From Patescibacteria group bacterium (GTDB lineage: Bacteria > Patescibacteriota > Dojkabacteria > J137), in the NCBI GenBank assembly GCA_016861265.1, contig BOLA01000001.1:459569-523568 (forward strand): 64,000 bases of DNA. Reading direction: 5' to 3'. Shown piece by piece: positions 8,136 to 17,337 of the stretch (position 1 is the first letter of the stretch; each line of letters begins with the position of its first letter). A program made the translations under genes and the position numbers. The notes below the pieces were generated by a model. That model saw only the letters and a program-made list of their open reading frames with translations, had not been told where the DNA came from and did not search any database.

Positions 8136-10367
8136 TTAATCAGTATTGATTTTATCCCAAGGGACTTCATTAACTAGATTAATAATAAAGTCTAGGCTTT
8201 TATTGTAGTTATCTACACTTATAATTCCATCTCTATAGGTAATTACCTTATCCCTATCCAGAATAAATTCCACTTTATATTCCTGTCCTTCGTGGTTAAT
8301 AATTACTGTATTCTTCTCTCCCCATGACTTACCTGGATGTTTTTGTATCAATAACTTATAGCTTCCAGTTGCGTTATAGTTAAGATTATCAGGTAAGTTA
8401 TAACTTACGTTCAGTTGCGATTCGGGAATAGGCGCTTCTGCGGAACCCCTTCGAGAATCAAATTGAATAATATTATCACTTACATACTTTTGCATTTGGG
8501 CATCTTGATATTCATCGGGGTAATAATAAAGGTAGCCCGAGTTATTATATCCATCGGAAACTACGTTAGTTGAACCAGTAGGCATAAAGTATCTTACCCA
8601 TGCTCGATAGGTAAATCTCCCACTCATATCATATTGATCCAAGTACGAATCCTGATATATTTCCGGTTGAACCCAGTGAGTGTATACGCTCTTAGAAATA
8701 TTGCCGTTGTCATCTATATTTACTGTTTGTGTTACGTCGTTTCTTAACCATCGATTAATTTTTAACGCGCAATTCTGAGCCTCGCTTAATTGAAAATAGT
8801 CACCTTCAAAAGTTTTTGCAGTCTCTCCGCTAAAGCCATATTTTTCTAAATATGCTTCTAAAGATGAGTCATTTGGAGCATAAATACCTATATCTTTAGC
8901 TTGTATAGACCCTACCATTGCATTAATTAGCCTTGCTAAGTCGGCAATCTTAAATTCAAATAACTTCTTTTTTGCAGCATTAGCAATGTCCTTAATAATA
9001 GATTTTCGTTCCTTACTTCCTCTATTCTCTACACTATCTGTTTGGGATTTTATTAAATCGTACAATTTGTCGGATGTTACCGTACCGAAACCTTCAACTT
9101 CAAGAGGATCTAATAAGTCTATTAAAGTTTCCGCAAAGTGGTTGTTTATAATTAGTACGTAATTGTAACTAGGAAAATCTGCAGGAGAATAGTAATTAGC
9201 AACATTATAATAATCAGCAAGCATTTGCATTGTGAGTTTAAGATCAGGGTAAATTCCTGCATCCTGCGCTCTCAAATAGTAAGCACCGCAACCTCTTTCC
9301 ATTAATACCAACTGACCGTAGATATTCCTATAACCCACATCAACACCTAAATCGTAAGATACATGAGTTTCTAAATTCCACATGTCTTCAAGATTTATAT
9401 CACCGATTTCACCATTACTCATTGTTAATGTTCCAAAGGCGCTTAACAACCCTCCCGAAGCTCTCATTTCAGTTTCATTTTGAAGAATTACTAAGTAAGT
9501 TGCAGGATCATTTGAACCTATAATTTCTGGCATATGACTTAAAAAATCCATTGTTTGTTTGGATATACTTGGGAATTTAGTAGAAAAATCATCCACTTCC
9601 TTAATTATTTCTGCATAATTAGTTCCGCCGATTTGTGGTACATAGTTAGGATCAATCTTTTTTACCTCGTTAAAGATGTCAATTACCTGAGGTTCAATCT
9701 TACTGTATAAGGCTAAATACTGAGGCAGCTCCTTCATTACTAAAGAAAACGCACTGTCTTCCTTTTTTTCTCCAGTTTCAGGGTCTAGCACTATGACTGT
9801 ATTAGGATCACTCTTCTCGGTTTTAAAACCCGTTATTTTTAGTAGATTCTTTAAGTCAGGTAAAGTTGAATCTAATAAATTAGAAGTCTTATCCAGAACG
9901 GTTCGCATTACTTGAAAATTATCGTAGTAGCCCTTGGTATATTCAAGATTCTCAAGAAATTCAAATCTATCAATTTCTGAATTTACATTATTTAAGTCTG
10001 TTTTTATATTGGCAAAATAAGTATCAATCTTACTTAAATCCTTATTGTCAAAATCAGCTAATAAAGAGGATGCATTGACTTGAATATCATCAACAGATTT
10101 CTTTATTCTGGTGTAAGGCATGTAAACATAGTTATATGCTAAAACTCCCAGGATTGCAGTTAGTACAAAAAGTATACTCAAAACGATCAATAATTTTCTA
10201 CCCCTCTTCCTCTTTGGTTTTGTTTCCGATTTAAAAGAAACGTATTTTGTTTTTGAATCCAGCGAAGATAGTTCATTACCTAAATTAGGACTGAACGAGT
10301 TAGTTAGAGTGGGATTAACTGTAGTTTCCTCTATTTTTTTATTTTTGGTGAATTTAAAAGTTTTCAT
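8136..10367 (-). CDS. Large membrane-anchored extracytoplasmic protein (possibly DUF4012-like)
   Basis: 743 aa with a basic N-terminus, a single TM helix (LLIVLSILFVLTAILGVLAY) and an ILQNETEMRASGGLLSAFG motif reminiscent of DUF4012 envelope proteins. Confidence 0.4.
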   Translation of the reverse strand: MKTFKFTKNKKIEETTVNPTLTNSFSPNLGNELSSLDSKTKYVSFKSETKPKRKRGRKLLIVLSILFVLTAILGVLAYNYVYMPYTRIKKSVDDIQVNASSLLADFDNKDLSKIDTYFANIKTDLNNVNSEIDRFEFLENLEYTKGYYDNFQVMRTVLDKTSNLLDSTLPDLKNLLKITGFKTEKSDPNTVIVLDPETGEKKEDSAFSLVMKELPQYLALYSKIEPQVIDIFNEVKKIDPNYVPQIGGTNYAEIIKEVDDFSTKFPSISKQTMDFLSHMPEIIGSNDPATYLVILQNETEMRASGGLLSAFGTLTMSNGEIGDINLEDMWNLETHVSYDLGVDVGYRNIYGQLVLMERGCGAYYLRAQDAGIYPDLKLTMQMLADYYNVANYYSPADFPSYNYVLIINNHFAETLIDLLDPLEVEGFGTVTSDKLYDLIKSQTDSVENRGSKERKSIIKDIANAAKKKLFEFKIADLARLINAMVGSIQAKDIGIYAPNDSSLEAYLEKYGFSGETAKTFEGDYFQLSEAQNCALKINRWLRNDVTQTVNIDDNGNISKSVYTHWVQPEIYQDSYLDQYDMSGRFTYRAWVRYFMPTGSTNVVSDGYNNSGYLYYYPDEYQDAQMQKYVSDNIIQFDSRRGSAEAPIPESQLNVSYNLPDNLNYNATGSYKLLIQKHPGKSWGEKNTVIINHEGQEYKVEFILDRDKVITYRDGIISVDNYNKSLDFIINLVNEVPWDKINTD

Positions 10368-10470
10368 GTCTGCAATAGTATATCAAAAGAAAAAGTAAAA
10401 GTTTTTATATAGCTTTAAATTGATACTTAATTAAAGCAACTGTATACTTACTAATATTAGTAATAATTAA

Positions 10471-12540
10471 ATGGACCAACCAAAAGAACCAAAAAAAATT
10501 CCCTTAGCTGGGGAAGTACCTGAAACAAAACTTCCACCAGTAGAGCCTGTCAATACTGCTGCTCCGACTGTAATTGATCTTAGTGAACCCAAAGATTATT
10601 CACACTTACCTATTGGTACACAAGCTAGCATTGAACTAGATAAGAAATCTATGCTTCCTGCGAAACCTGTTCCTCAAGATAATGGAACTAATAATATAGT
10701 ACCTAAAAGTGTACTAAAAAATGACTTCAGTAAAAAGTTTTTTAAGATTGGCTTAGGAATATTAGGAGCCTTTCTTGTTTGTTTTGTAGTTTTTCTAATT
10801 TTGTCCATAACCAACATTGACGCTAAATTCGTAAAGATCAATCTTAACGGAGAAATAACAGATGCAAATACGGGTAAGCCAGTTGAAAATGCAGCTATTT
10901 TTATTGGTGACAACGAGGTTGCAAAAACAAATCCGCAAGGTAGATATTCAGTAGATAATCTTGAGATAGGTGACGTACAGGTAACTGTAAAGGCAGACGG
11001 CTACGACGATACAACTGAAACAGTTAGAATAACTAAAGTTCTTTTGGACTACTCTACAAGAAAAGACTTTGCACTTAAATCCTCTATTACAGGGATATTA
11101 TCTGGGAAATTTATTCCAAATAGTTCTGACTATAAATTTACAAACGATAGATTACTCATTGGTGATAAACAGTATAAGATAAATGACGACGGCTCTTTTT
11201 TAATTAATGATATAAAGGTGGGCAAGCTGGACTTTAAATTCAACTCTATAAATTTTAAAGACATTACTCAAAGTATTGACCTTCAAGCGGGTACGAATAA
11301 AATTCCGGATATAACTTTGGTTCCAGGTGGTGACATTGTGGGTGAACTAAAAAGTTATGTAAAAGAGGATTTGGTTTTGAATACAAAATTTTATGTAGAG
11401 AATATTCTACAAGACCAAGTAAATATTACCGAGGATGGTAAATTTGCAGTAAAGGACTTAGACACTGAAAAGAAATACAAGATTAGAGTAACTGCAGATG
11501 GATATAAGACCAGGGATTACGAGATTAATATTCGACAAGGAGAAAACCAATTATTCAACTTCAAATTAGTAGAAAATGGTTCTGCAATTTATCCAATAAG
11601 AGATGGTACTAGTAGTTTTGACCCTATAAAACTCTACAGCTCAGATTTTGATGGTGAAAATAGGAAGCTAATTGCTGATGATACTGCAATAGATTTGTAT
11701 ACAAAATTTTTTAGCATTGAGGAGCAGAATTTATACTATCAGTCATTTAAAGATAGTACATTCCACCAAGCAAGTAATGGTAATACGCTAAAAATGCCTT
11801 ATAAGGTGGATATTGTAAACCCAACTCCTGACAGAATGACAATAAATACAAGCAATTTGAATCAACTAACAGCGAACTTTATTGCAAAGAAAATGCTAAA
11901 TCTTTACGTTAAGCAAGGTGCCATAAACCAACCAGGGCTACAAGTTATGGATATTGATGGCAATAATAGAAAGGATGTAAAACTCTTAACCAACACAAGT
12001 TTTAAATTTGAGAACTTAAGGATATCAAATAATGGAAAGTTTGTACTTTATAGTTATCAAAATAATAATCAGACTGAACTCTATTTGTATAATATTGAAT
12101 CGGAACAGACAAAGAATATTCTAACTAGTCAGAATATAACAGTTTACGATATATCAGAAGACGGGAACCTTGTGCTAATTAGCAGAAAGAATCCAAATAC
12201 AGATTTAATTGACCTGGCTATTGTGAATGTAGCATCAGATGATCTTAGAACTCTAAAAGAAAATATAAAAGGGTTAGGCTACCAATTTGTTAAGAATGAT
12301 ACTAACAAGATTATTTTCTTTGAAACAAGAGAGTCCAGATCAAATATTTATACATTTACCGTTGATAGAAGTCAGGAAGAAAAGATTTCCAGTCTAACGC
12401 CAGACTACACAATATACGGAATCTATCAGGAATCGAATTTGCTATTTTATCAAACTAATAGGGGTTTGTTGGTTTTAGATTTAAATAAGCCTAAAAACTT
12501 TAAGCTTGTGTCATCCGATGCCCATAATTACTTTAGATAA
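10471..12540 (+). CDS. Membrane-anchored protein with carboxypeptidase-regulatory-like domains and a TolB-like beta-propeller C-terminus
   Basis: Pro-rich N-terminus, one TM helix and repeated CarboxypepD_reg-like segments (GRYSVDNLEIGDVQVTVKADGYDD; DGKFAVKDLDTEKKYKIRVTADGYKT). The C-terminus has propeller-like repeats (NNGKFVLYSYQNNNQTELYLYN). Confidence 0.45.
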   Translation: MDQPKEPKKIPLAGEVPETKLPPVEPVNTAAPTVIDLSEPKDYSHLPIGTQASIELDKKSMLPAKPVPQDNGTNNIVPKSVLKNDFSKKFFKIGLGILGAFLVCFVVFLILSITNIDAKFVKINLNGEITDANTGKPVENAAIFIGDNEVAKTNPQGRYSVDNLEIGDVQVTVKADGYDDTTETVRITKVLLDYSTRKDFALKSSITGILSGKFIPNSSDYKFTNDRLLIGDKQYKINDDGSFLINDIKVGKLDFKFNSINFKDITQSIDLQAGTNKIPDITLVPGGDIVGELKSYVKEDLVLNTKFYVENILQDQVNITEDGKFAVKDLDTEKKYKIRVTADGYKTRDYEINIRQGENQLFNFKLVENGSAIYPIRDGTSSFDPIKLYSSDFDGENRKLIADDTAIDLYTKFFSIEEQNLYYQSFKDSTFHQASNGNTLKMPYKVDIVNPTPDRMTINTSNLNQLTANFIAKKMLNLYVKQGAINQPGLQVMDIDGNNRKDVKLLTNTSFKFENLRISNNGKFVLYSYQNNNQTELYLYNIESEQTKNILTSQNITVYDISEDGNLVLISRKNPNTDLIDLAIVNVASDDLRTLKENIKGLGYQFVKNDTNKIIFFETRESRSNIYTFTVDRSQEEKISSLTPDYTIYGIYQESNLLFYQTNRGLLVLDLNKPKNFKLVSSDAHNYFR

Positions 12541-12577
12541 TACATTACCTATTGCAATGGTATAATCTCGTTTAATT

Positions 12578-13756
12578 ATGAACAGTATAAAGGATCTATT
12601 TCCAATATTTAAAAATATTCCGGACTTAATATTTTTAGACAATGCCTCAACAACTCAGAAACCTACCTTAGTATTAGATAAATTGACTGAGGTTTACACC
12701 CAATACAACTCCAATGTTCATAGAGGGCTATATCCTATTGCTGTTCGGGCCGATGAAGAATACGACAGAGCAAGAGAAAAAATTGCAAAATTTATAAACG
12801 CAGATAAAGACGAAATAGTCTTTACTTCGGGCACTACCGACGCTACAAATTTAATTGCTCAGTCATTGTTAAATAGTCAGATAATAAGTAACAATGCGAA
12901 TATTTTAACCACTGAACTTGAACATCATTCAAATTTTTTACCGTGGCAGAGAGTTTCAGGGAATAATTTAGAATTCGCAACTTTCAAAGAGAATCAATTG
13001 AATTTCGATGAAAACAAGAAATTTGATATTGTTGCCTACTCTATTATTAGTAATGTGACCGGTAAATTTACAGATATTAAGGATTTAAGAAAAAACAATT
13101 TAAAAGATGCAATTTTTATTGCGGATGCAGCACAGGCGATTGCACATATGCCAATTAATGTAAAAGAAATGGACATAGATTTTCTGGTATTTTCAGGACA
13201 CAAAATGTTTGGTCCAACAGGCGTCGGAATAATGTATGCAAAGCGAACCTTTCTAGAAAAAATGCAACCTTTCAAGGTTGGTGGAGGTATTGTAGACAAA
13301 GTATCAAGGGAGTCAACCTCCTGGACTCAATCTCCAGAAAAGTTTGAGGCTGGCACCCCACCAATTGCTGAAGCAATTGCTCTGGGTTCAGCTGTAGATT
13401 TTATCAACGAGATGGGATTTAATAAAATTTCACAGATTGAAAATGAACTTAAGGCCTACGCATTGCAAGAACTTTCTGGATTAGAAAAAATAAAGATATA
13501 CCACTCAGAAAATATACATTCCGGTGCGGTAATTAGTTTTACCCTTAAAGGAATTCACCCACACGATATTGCTCAATTTTTAGGAGATAAAAATATATGC
13601 GTTAGGGCAGGTCATCACTGCACGCAAATACTACATCGTGAGGTTTTTGAAATTCCTGCCTCGGTGCGTATATCTATGAGTATATATAATTCAAAGGAGG
13701 AAATTGATTCTTTAGTTTCAACCTTGAACGAATGCATTGCGTTCTACAGAATTTAA
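12578..13756 (+). CDS. sufS: Cysteine desulfurase (class V aminotransferase, SufS/CsdA type)
   Basis: FLDNASTTQKP N-terminus, the PLP-lysine region SGHKMFGPTGVGIMYAK and the active-site Cys loop RAGHHC. Confidence 0.85.
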   Translation: MNSIKDLFPIFKNIPDLIFLDNASTTQKPTLVLDKLTEVYTQYNSNVHRGLYPIAVRADEEYDRAREKIAKFINADKDEIVFTSGTTDATNLIAQSLLNSQIISNNANILTTELEHHSNFLPWQRVSGNNLEFATFKENQLNFDENKKFDIVAYSIISNVTGKFTDIKDLRKNNLKDAIFIADAAQAIAHMPINVKEMDIDFLVFSGHKMFGPTGVGIMYAKRTFLEKMQPFKVGGGIVDKVSRESTSWTQSPEKFEAGTPPIAEAIALGSAVDFINEMGFNKISQIENELKAYALQELSGLEKIKIYHSENIHSGAVISFTLKGIHPHDIAQFLGDKNICVRAGHHCTQILHREVFEIPASVRISMSIYNSKEEIDSLVSTLNECIAFYRI

Positions 13757-14637
13757 CTAGGGGTTAGTAATAACTTATTATTGCTGCCGATTCCATTGTC
13801 TAACGCCTGCTCTTGATAACCTTGCTTACTAACAATCATCTTTTTCTTCAGATATCTTCTCGAAACCCTAAACTGTCCATTTTTATCTGTAATAATATAT
13901 TTAGAATTATCTGAAAGTAGAATAATCGTACCTGCAAGGGGCTGATGGGTCTTAGAATTTTCCACAGTAATCCTCTTTGTAAGTAATAATTTACTTATTA
14001 GCAATAATATTGCCAATAAAAGTACTAAAACTAAAACAGTAAAAAGAACAATAGTTTCTATAGACATTGGCGTTTCCGACGAATCTTTTACCGGTAAAAC
14101 AATATTGTTAATTTGATTAGGCGTTAACGAGCATTCATAATTTGATGTTTGAATTGGCAAATTGTGTACACTTGTTAGAAGATCTAAACTTGTTGTTAGT
14201 TCAGCAATATTGCTATCGTATGTATTGTCTAAACCATCGAATTGTATTTGAAATACAGGATTCTTAGTATGTGCGACAAAGGGTATCTTAGCAAAAAGAT
14301 ACCTTCCATTTATAGAATCGAACCTAACGGCGGTAATTTTAATTTGATTTCCTTCGACCCTGTTATATACATATGACTCATAAGCATTTCCGGGTATTAT
14401 CTGAACGCCATCGACTAAAGGATCGGCGTCTAAAATAGTCACTTCTGTTAAATTGTATTTAATTATTAGATCGGCAGAATTAGAGTATTTGCCTTCGGTA
14501 TCTATAAAAATATCTAGTGTGTAAGAACAATCATCATCATTTAAACTGACAATATTATCTTGAATATAAGAGGCAGCATGAATTTTAACCATAGGGGCGA
14601 TTAAAACAAAAACTAATACCAGTAATAACCTATTCAT
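13753..14637 (-). CDS. Membrane protein with an N-terminal cohesin-like domain and a C-terminal CarboxypepD_reg-like segment
   Basis: Signal peptide, then a cohesin-like motif (DLIIKYNLTEVTILDADP), an internal TM helix (IVLFTVLVLVLLLAILLLI) and a C-terminal TDKNGQFRV motif. Its start overlaps the upstream gene by 4 bp, so they form an operon. Confidence 0.35.
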   Translation of the reverse strand: MNRLLLVLVFVLIAPMVKIHAASYIQDNIVSLNDDDCSYTLDIFIDTEGKYSNSADLIIKYNLTEVTILDADPLVDGVQIIPGNAYESYVYNRVEGNQIKITAVRFDSINGRYLFAKIPFVAHTKNPVFQIQFDGLDNTYDSNIAELTTSLDLLTSVHNLPIQTSNYECSLTPNQINNIVLPVKDSSETPMSIETIVLFTVLVLVLLLAILLLISKLLLTKRITVENSKTHQPLAGTIILLSDNSKYIITDKNGQFRVSRRYLKKKMIVSKQGYQEQALDNGIGSNNKLLLTPS

Positions 14638-15230
14638 AGATTCAAATCCCCACGCTTATGTAAATTATATATTTGATTACTCAAATCTAAGGAGTTTACT
14701 ATGCCATCCTTATTAAAATCGTATCTGGGTTCATTCGTATAGAGTCTGTTTATTACTTTGTTTACATCAAGTCCATTAATATAATTATGATTTATTGCAT
14801 CACCTGCGAGTAAGTATTCATTTTCATTTCTTGCAAGATTGAATTCAGTTGAATAGTTAAAAAAACCTTGAACATTTGAAAACAATTTGCCTAAATGACT
14901 TGCACTTTTTATATAAATTGAATAAATTCCTGGTGTTGTAGAAATTTCTCTAGAACACAAATCTATAGATGAGTAACCATTATTATTTGTCTCAAGATTA
15001 TCTATTCGAAAAATCTCTTGATATAACTGGTCATAAAATACAACCAAATATTTATCTGCAAAATTACCTTCTCTAGGCATTCTCTTCTCCGGTTTAATAA
15101 TCAAGGAAGCAGTACAGCTACTAACACTAGCACTAATGCTAATTTCTCCCTGAGATTGTGCATTAAGGGTGCTAAATGGAAGTAATAGTGAAGCTAAAAT
15201 TAGAATTGAAATCTTTTGAGTTAAATTCAT
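14634..15230 (-). CDS. Secreted protein with a C-terminal dockerin-like duplicated Ca-binding segment
   Basis: Signal peptide (LILASLLLPFSTLNAQS). The C-terminus carries two dockerin-like segments (DAINHNYINGLDVNKVINRL and DFNKDGIVNSLDLSNQIYNL) that fit the DxNxDGxVNxxD F-hand pattern. Confidence 0.4.
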   Translation of the reverse strand: MNLTQKISILILASLLLPFSTLNAQSQGEISISASVSSCTASLIIKPEKRMPREGNFADKYLVVFYDQLYQEIFRIDNLETNNNGYSSIDLCSREISTTPGIYSIYIKSASHLGKLFSNVQGFFNYSTEFNLARNENEYLLAGDAINHNYINGLDVNKVINRLYTNEPRYDFNKDGIVNSLDLSNQIYNLHKRGDLNL

Positions 15231-15232
15231 TT

Positions 15233-16534
15233 TTAGAACTCACTCAAGTGCCAGTAACCAGTCTTTAAACCTGAGCAATCTCTATTCTGACATAAAATTA
15301 TGTATTGTGCTCCATATCCATCATCCCAGAATTTATGCACATAGCCATCGTGAGCTGCAAATATTGGTGCATTCCAAGGTGATCCTATAATATCAATTCC
15401 CGTATGAAAATCGCAGTAGTTCGAATCTCCCCACCAGAAGCATCTGTTTCCAAAACCACTTGTAAAGGTAATGTTCCCTTGCAAAGGTGCATCAAGATAG
15501 CCTCCTCCACAACCATCTACAATACCATCTTTCAAATATCCACATGGGTTCTGTAATTGGTTGTTTATGTATACCATAAAGTGCAAATGTGCACCTGTAC
15601 ATAACCCCGTACAACCTTGTTTACCCATATATGTTCCAGCTACCACATATTGACCATCGTCGGCGGGAACATAGCTGTTAAAGATCTGCTGTTGCACAAG
15701 ACTTGCCTGTGCTTCAAGCTTGGCTTGATCATCATTAAATTGGAACAATCTTGATTGATTACTATTGTTCTGCGCTTGAAGAGCATTTAATTCTTTCTGA
15801 TACGCAGTAATTCTCACATCTGCTTCTTCTCTCTTTTTTGCTAAGTCAGTCTTTTTGACATCAACAATTTCCTTACTCTTATTAACTTCTATCAATTTAT
15901 TGTTTAGCTCTAACTTTTTGTCTTGAAGTTGTTGTTTTAATTCCGCAAGCTCAACCATAACGTCGTTAGTATCCGATTGAATTAGCTCCTTATATTGAGA
16001 TGTTTTAAAGAAAGTATTTATATTCGTTAGATTGAAAACTGTACTAGCATCGTCAGTTGACCTATAAAGTCTAAAATTAAAGTAGTTATCTCTAATTCTT
16101 TCTGCCGATTCTTCTTCCAGACCAGTTATGGTATTTTCTGTCTTTGTAATGTCGGCTTTTTGTTTGTCTATATCTTTATTAAGACTTGCTATTTGAAGTT
16201 CAAGTTGCTTTATTTCTAGGTCTAACTCTTCAATTTGTTTATTGTATAAATCTGCCTCTCCATATAGTCTTGAGAGTTCGGAGCTATAACCATTTATGAC
16301 ATATGCATTTTGGTCTAATTGTGATTGAAGACCCTCTTTCTCTCTCTTAACTTCATCAATCTGCCTATTAATATCATCCAATTGTTCTTGCAATGACTGA
16401 CCCACGCTTACTCCTGGTGCTACATATTGAATTCTTATATTATTCAGAAATGGTACCGAGGTATTGGCAATTACTAATAGAGCTAAGTTAAAGACAACGA
16501 AAGTTATTGTTACTATGTTTTTTAGTTTTTTCAT
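15233..16534 (-). CDS. Coiled-coil (EnvC-like) M23/LytM-family peptidase with a circularly permuted catalytic domain
   Basis: N-terminal TM helix, about 250 aa of coiled coil, then GTYMGKQGCTGLCTGAHLHFMVY...NP, which normally forms the C-terminal half of M23. This is followed by ITFTSGFGNR...HTGIDII...AAHDGYV...GYGAQYIIL...GYWHLSEF, which normally forms the N-terminal half. Confidence 0.7.
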   Translation of the reverse strand: MKKLKNIVTITFVVFNLALLVIANTSVPFLNNIRIQYVAPGVSVGQSLQEQLDDINRQIDEVKREKEGLQSQLDQNAYVINGYSSELSRLYGEADLYNKQIEELDLEIKQLELQIASLNKDIDKQKADITKTENTITGLEEESAERIRDNYFNFRLYRSTDDASTVFNLTNINTFFKTSQYKELIQSDTNDVMVELAELKQQLQDKKLELNNKLIEVNKSKEIVDVKKTDLAKKREEADVRITAYQKELNALQAQNNSNQSRLFQFNDDQAKLEAQASLVQQQIFNSYVPADDGQYVVAGTYMGKQGCTGLCTGAHLHFMVYINNQLQNPCGYLKDGIVDGCGGGYLDAPLQGNITFTSGFGNRCFWWGDSNYCDFHTGIDIIGSPWNAPIFAAHDGYVHKFWDDGYGAQYIILCQNRDCSGLKTGYWHLSEF

Positions 16535-16543
16535 TCTCTACTA

Positions 16544-16897
16544 TTGTATAGTCAATTAAATATTTTGTCCAAAATTACAAATAATCCGATTGACGAAGAT
16601 ACCCTATGGGGGTATTATATTTTTATGGAGAAGATAGATTGTAAAAAAGTCAGTGAAGAGACTACAAAAAATTTAAACCGTGTAAAAGGACAAATCCATG
16701 GAATTGAGAAAATGATTTCAGAGAACCGAGACTCAATAGAGATTGTCACGCAAATTCAGGCAGTTAGAGCTGCCCTCTCTTCCATTGCAATAAACATGTT
16801 AAAGGAAGACTGCAACGAATGTTTTAATAAAAAATCAGAAGCAGATAAAAAGAAACAGTTCGAGGATTTGGTAGTGAAATTTTTTAAAATAAGTTAG
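16544..16897 (+). CDS. CsoR/RcnR/FrmR-family metal- or stress-sensing transcriptional repressor
   Basis: LNRVKGQIHGIEKMISENRDSIEIVTQIQAVRAALSSIAINMLKEDCNECF matches the DUF156 helix bundle. The true start may be the internal Met (MEKIDC). Confidence 0.65.
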   Translation: MYSQLNILSKITNNPIDEDTLWGYYIFMEKIDCKKVSEETTKNLNRVKGQIHGIEKMISENRDSIEIVTQIQAVRAALSSIAINMLKEDCNECFNKKSEADKKKQFEDLVVKFFKIS

Positions 16898-16954
16898 TCG
16901 GGTGTGTTAAATTATTTCTACGAACAATTAAACTTTAATTATTAAATTTATTTT

Positions 16955-17335
16955 ATGGGAATGAGTGCAAATTTACTTCCAGCACAACAAACCAACGCAT
17001 CTGGAGACCTAGTTTTACATTTAACCGACAAGGATTTTTCCGAACAGATTAAACAAGGATACACCCTTGTAGATTTCTGGGCCGAATGGTGTGAACCATG
17101 TAGAGCAATCGCTCCAATTGTCGAAAAATTGGCGCAAAAATATAGCGGTAAATTAAAAGTAGGAAAACTTGATACAGATTCTAACCCGCTAACATCTAAT
17201 ATGTATGGAGTCATGAGCATACCTCTTGTCGTACTTTTTAAGGATGGACAACCAGTGGACAGCCTTTTAGGTGCTAGACCTGAACAATTCTTTGATCAAA
17301 TGATAAAAAAGAATATTCCCGAGTTAGCAGAATAA
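16955..17335 (+). CDS. trxA: Thioredoxin
   Basis: WAEWCEPCR active site (a WCGPC variant) in a thioredoxin fold of about 110 aa, immediately upstream of trxB. Confidence 0.9.
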   Translation: MGMSANLLPAQQTNASGDLVLHLTDKDFSEQIKQGYTLVDFWAEWCEPCRAIAPIVEKLAQKYSGKLKVGKLDTDSNPLTSNMYGVMSIPLVVLFKDGQPVDSLLGARPEQFFDQMIKKNIPELAE

Positions 17336-17337
17336 AT

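Noticed and set aside
7951-8139. 62-aa ORF in an alternative frame of the GC-rich island
   Set aside because: No Shine-Dalgarno sequence. It overlaps the better-supported 7899..8102 ORF, and the whole island may be RNA.
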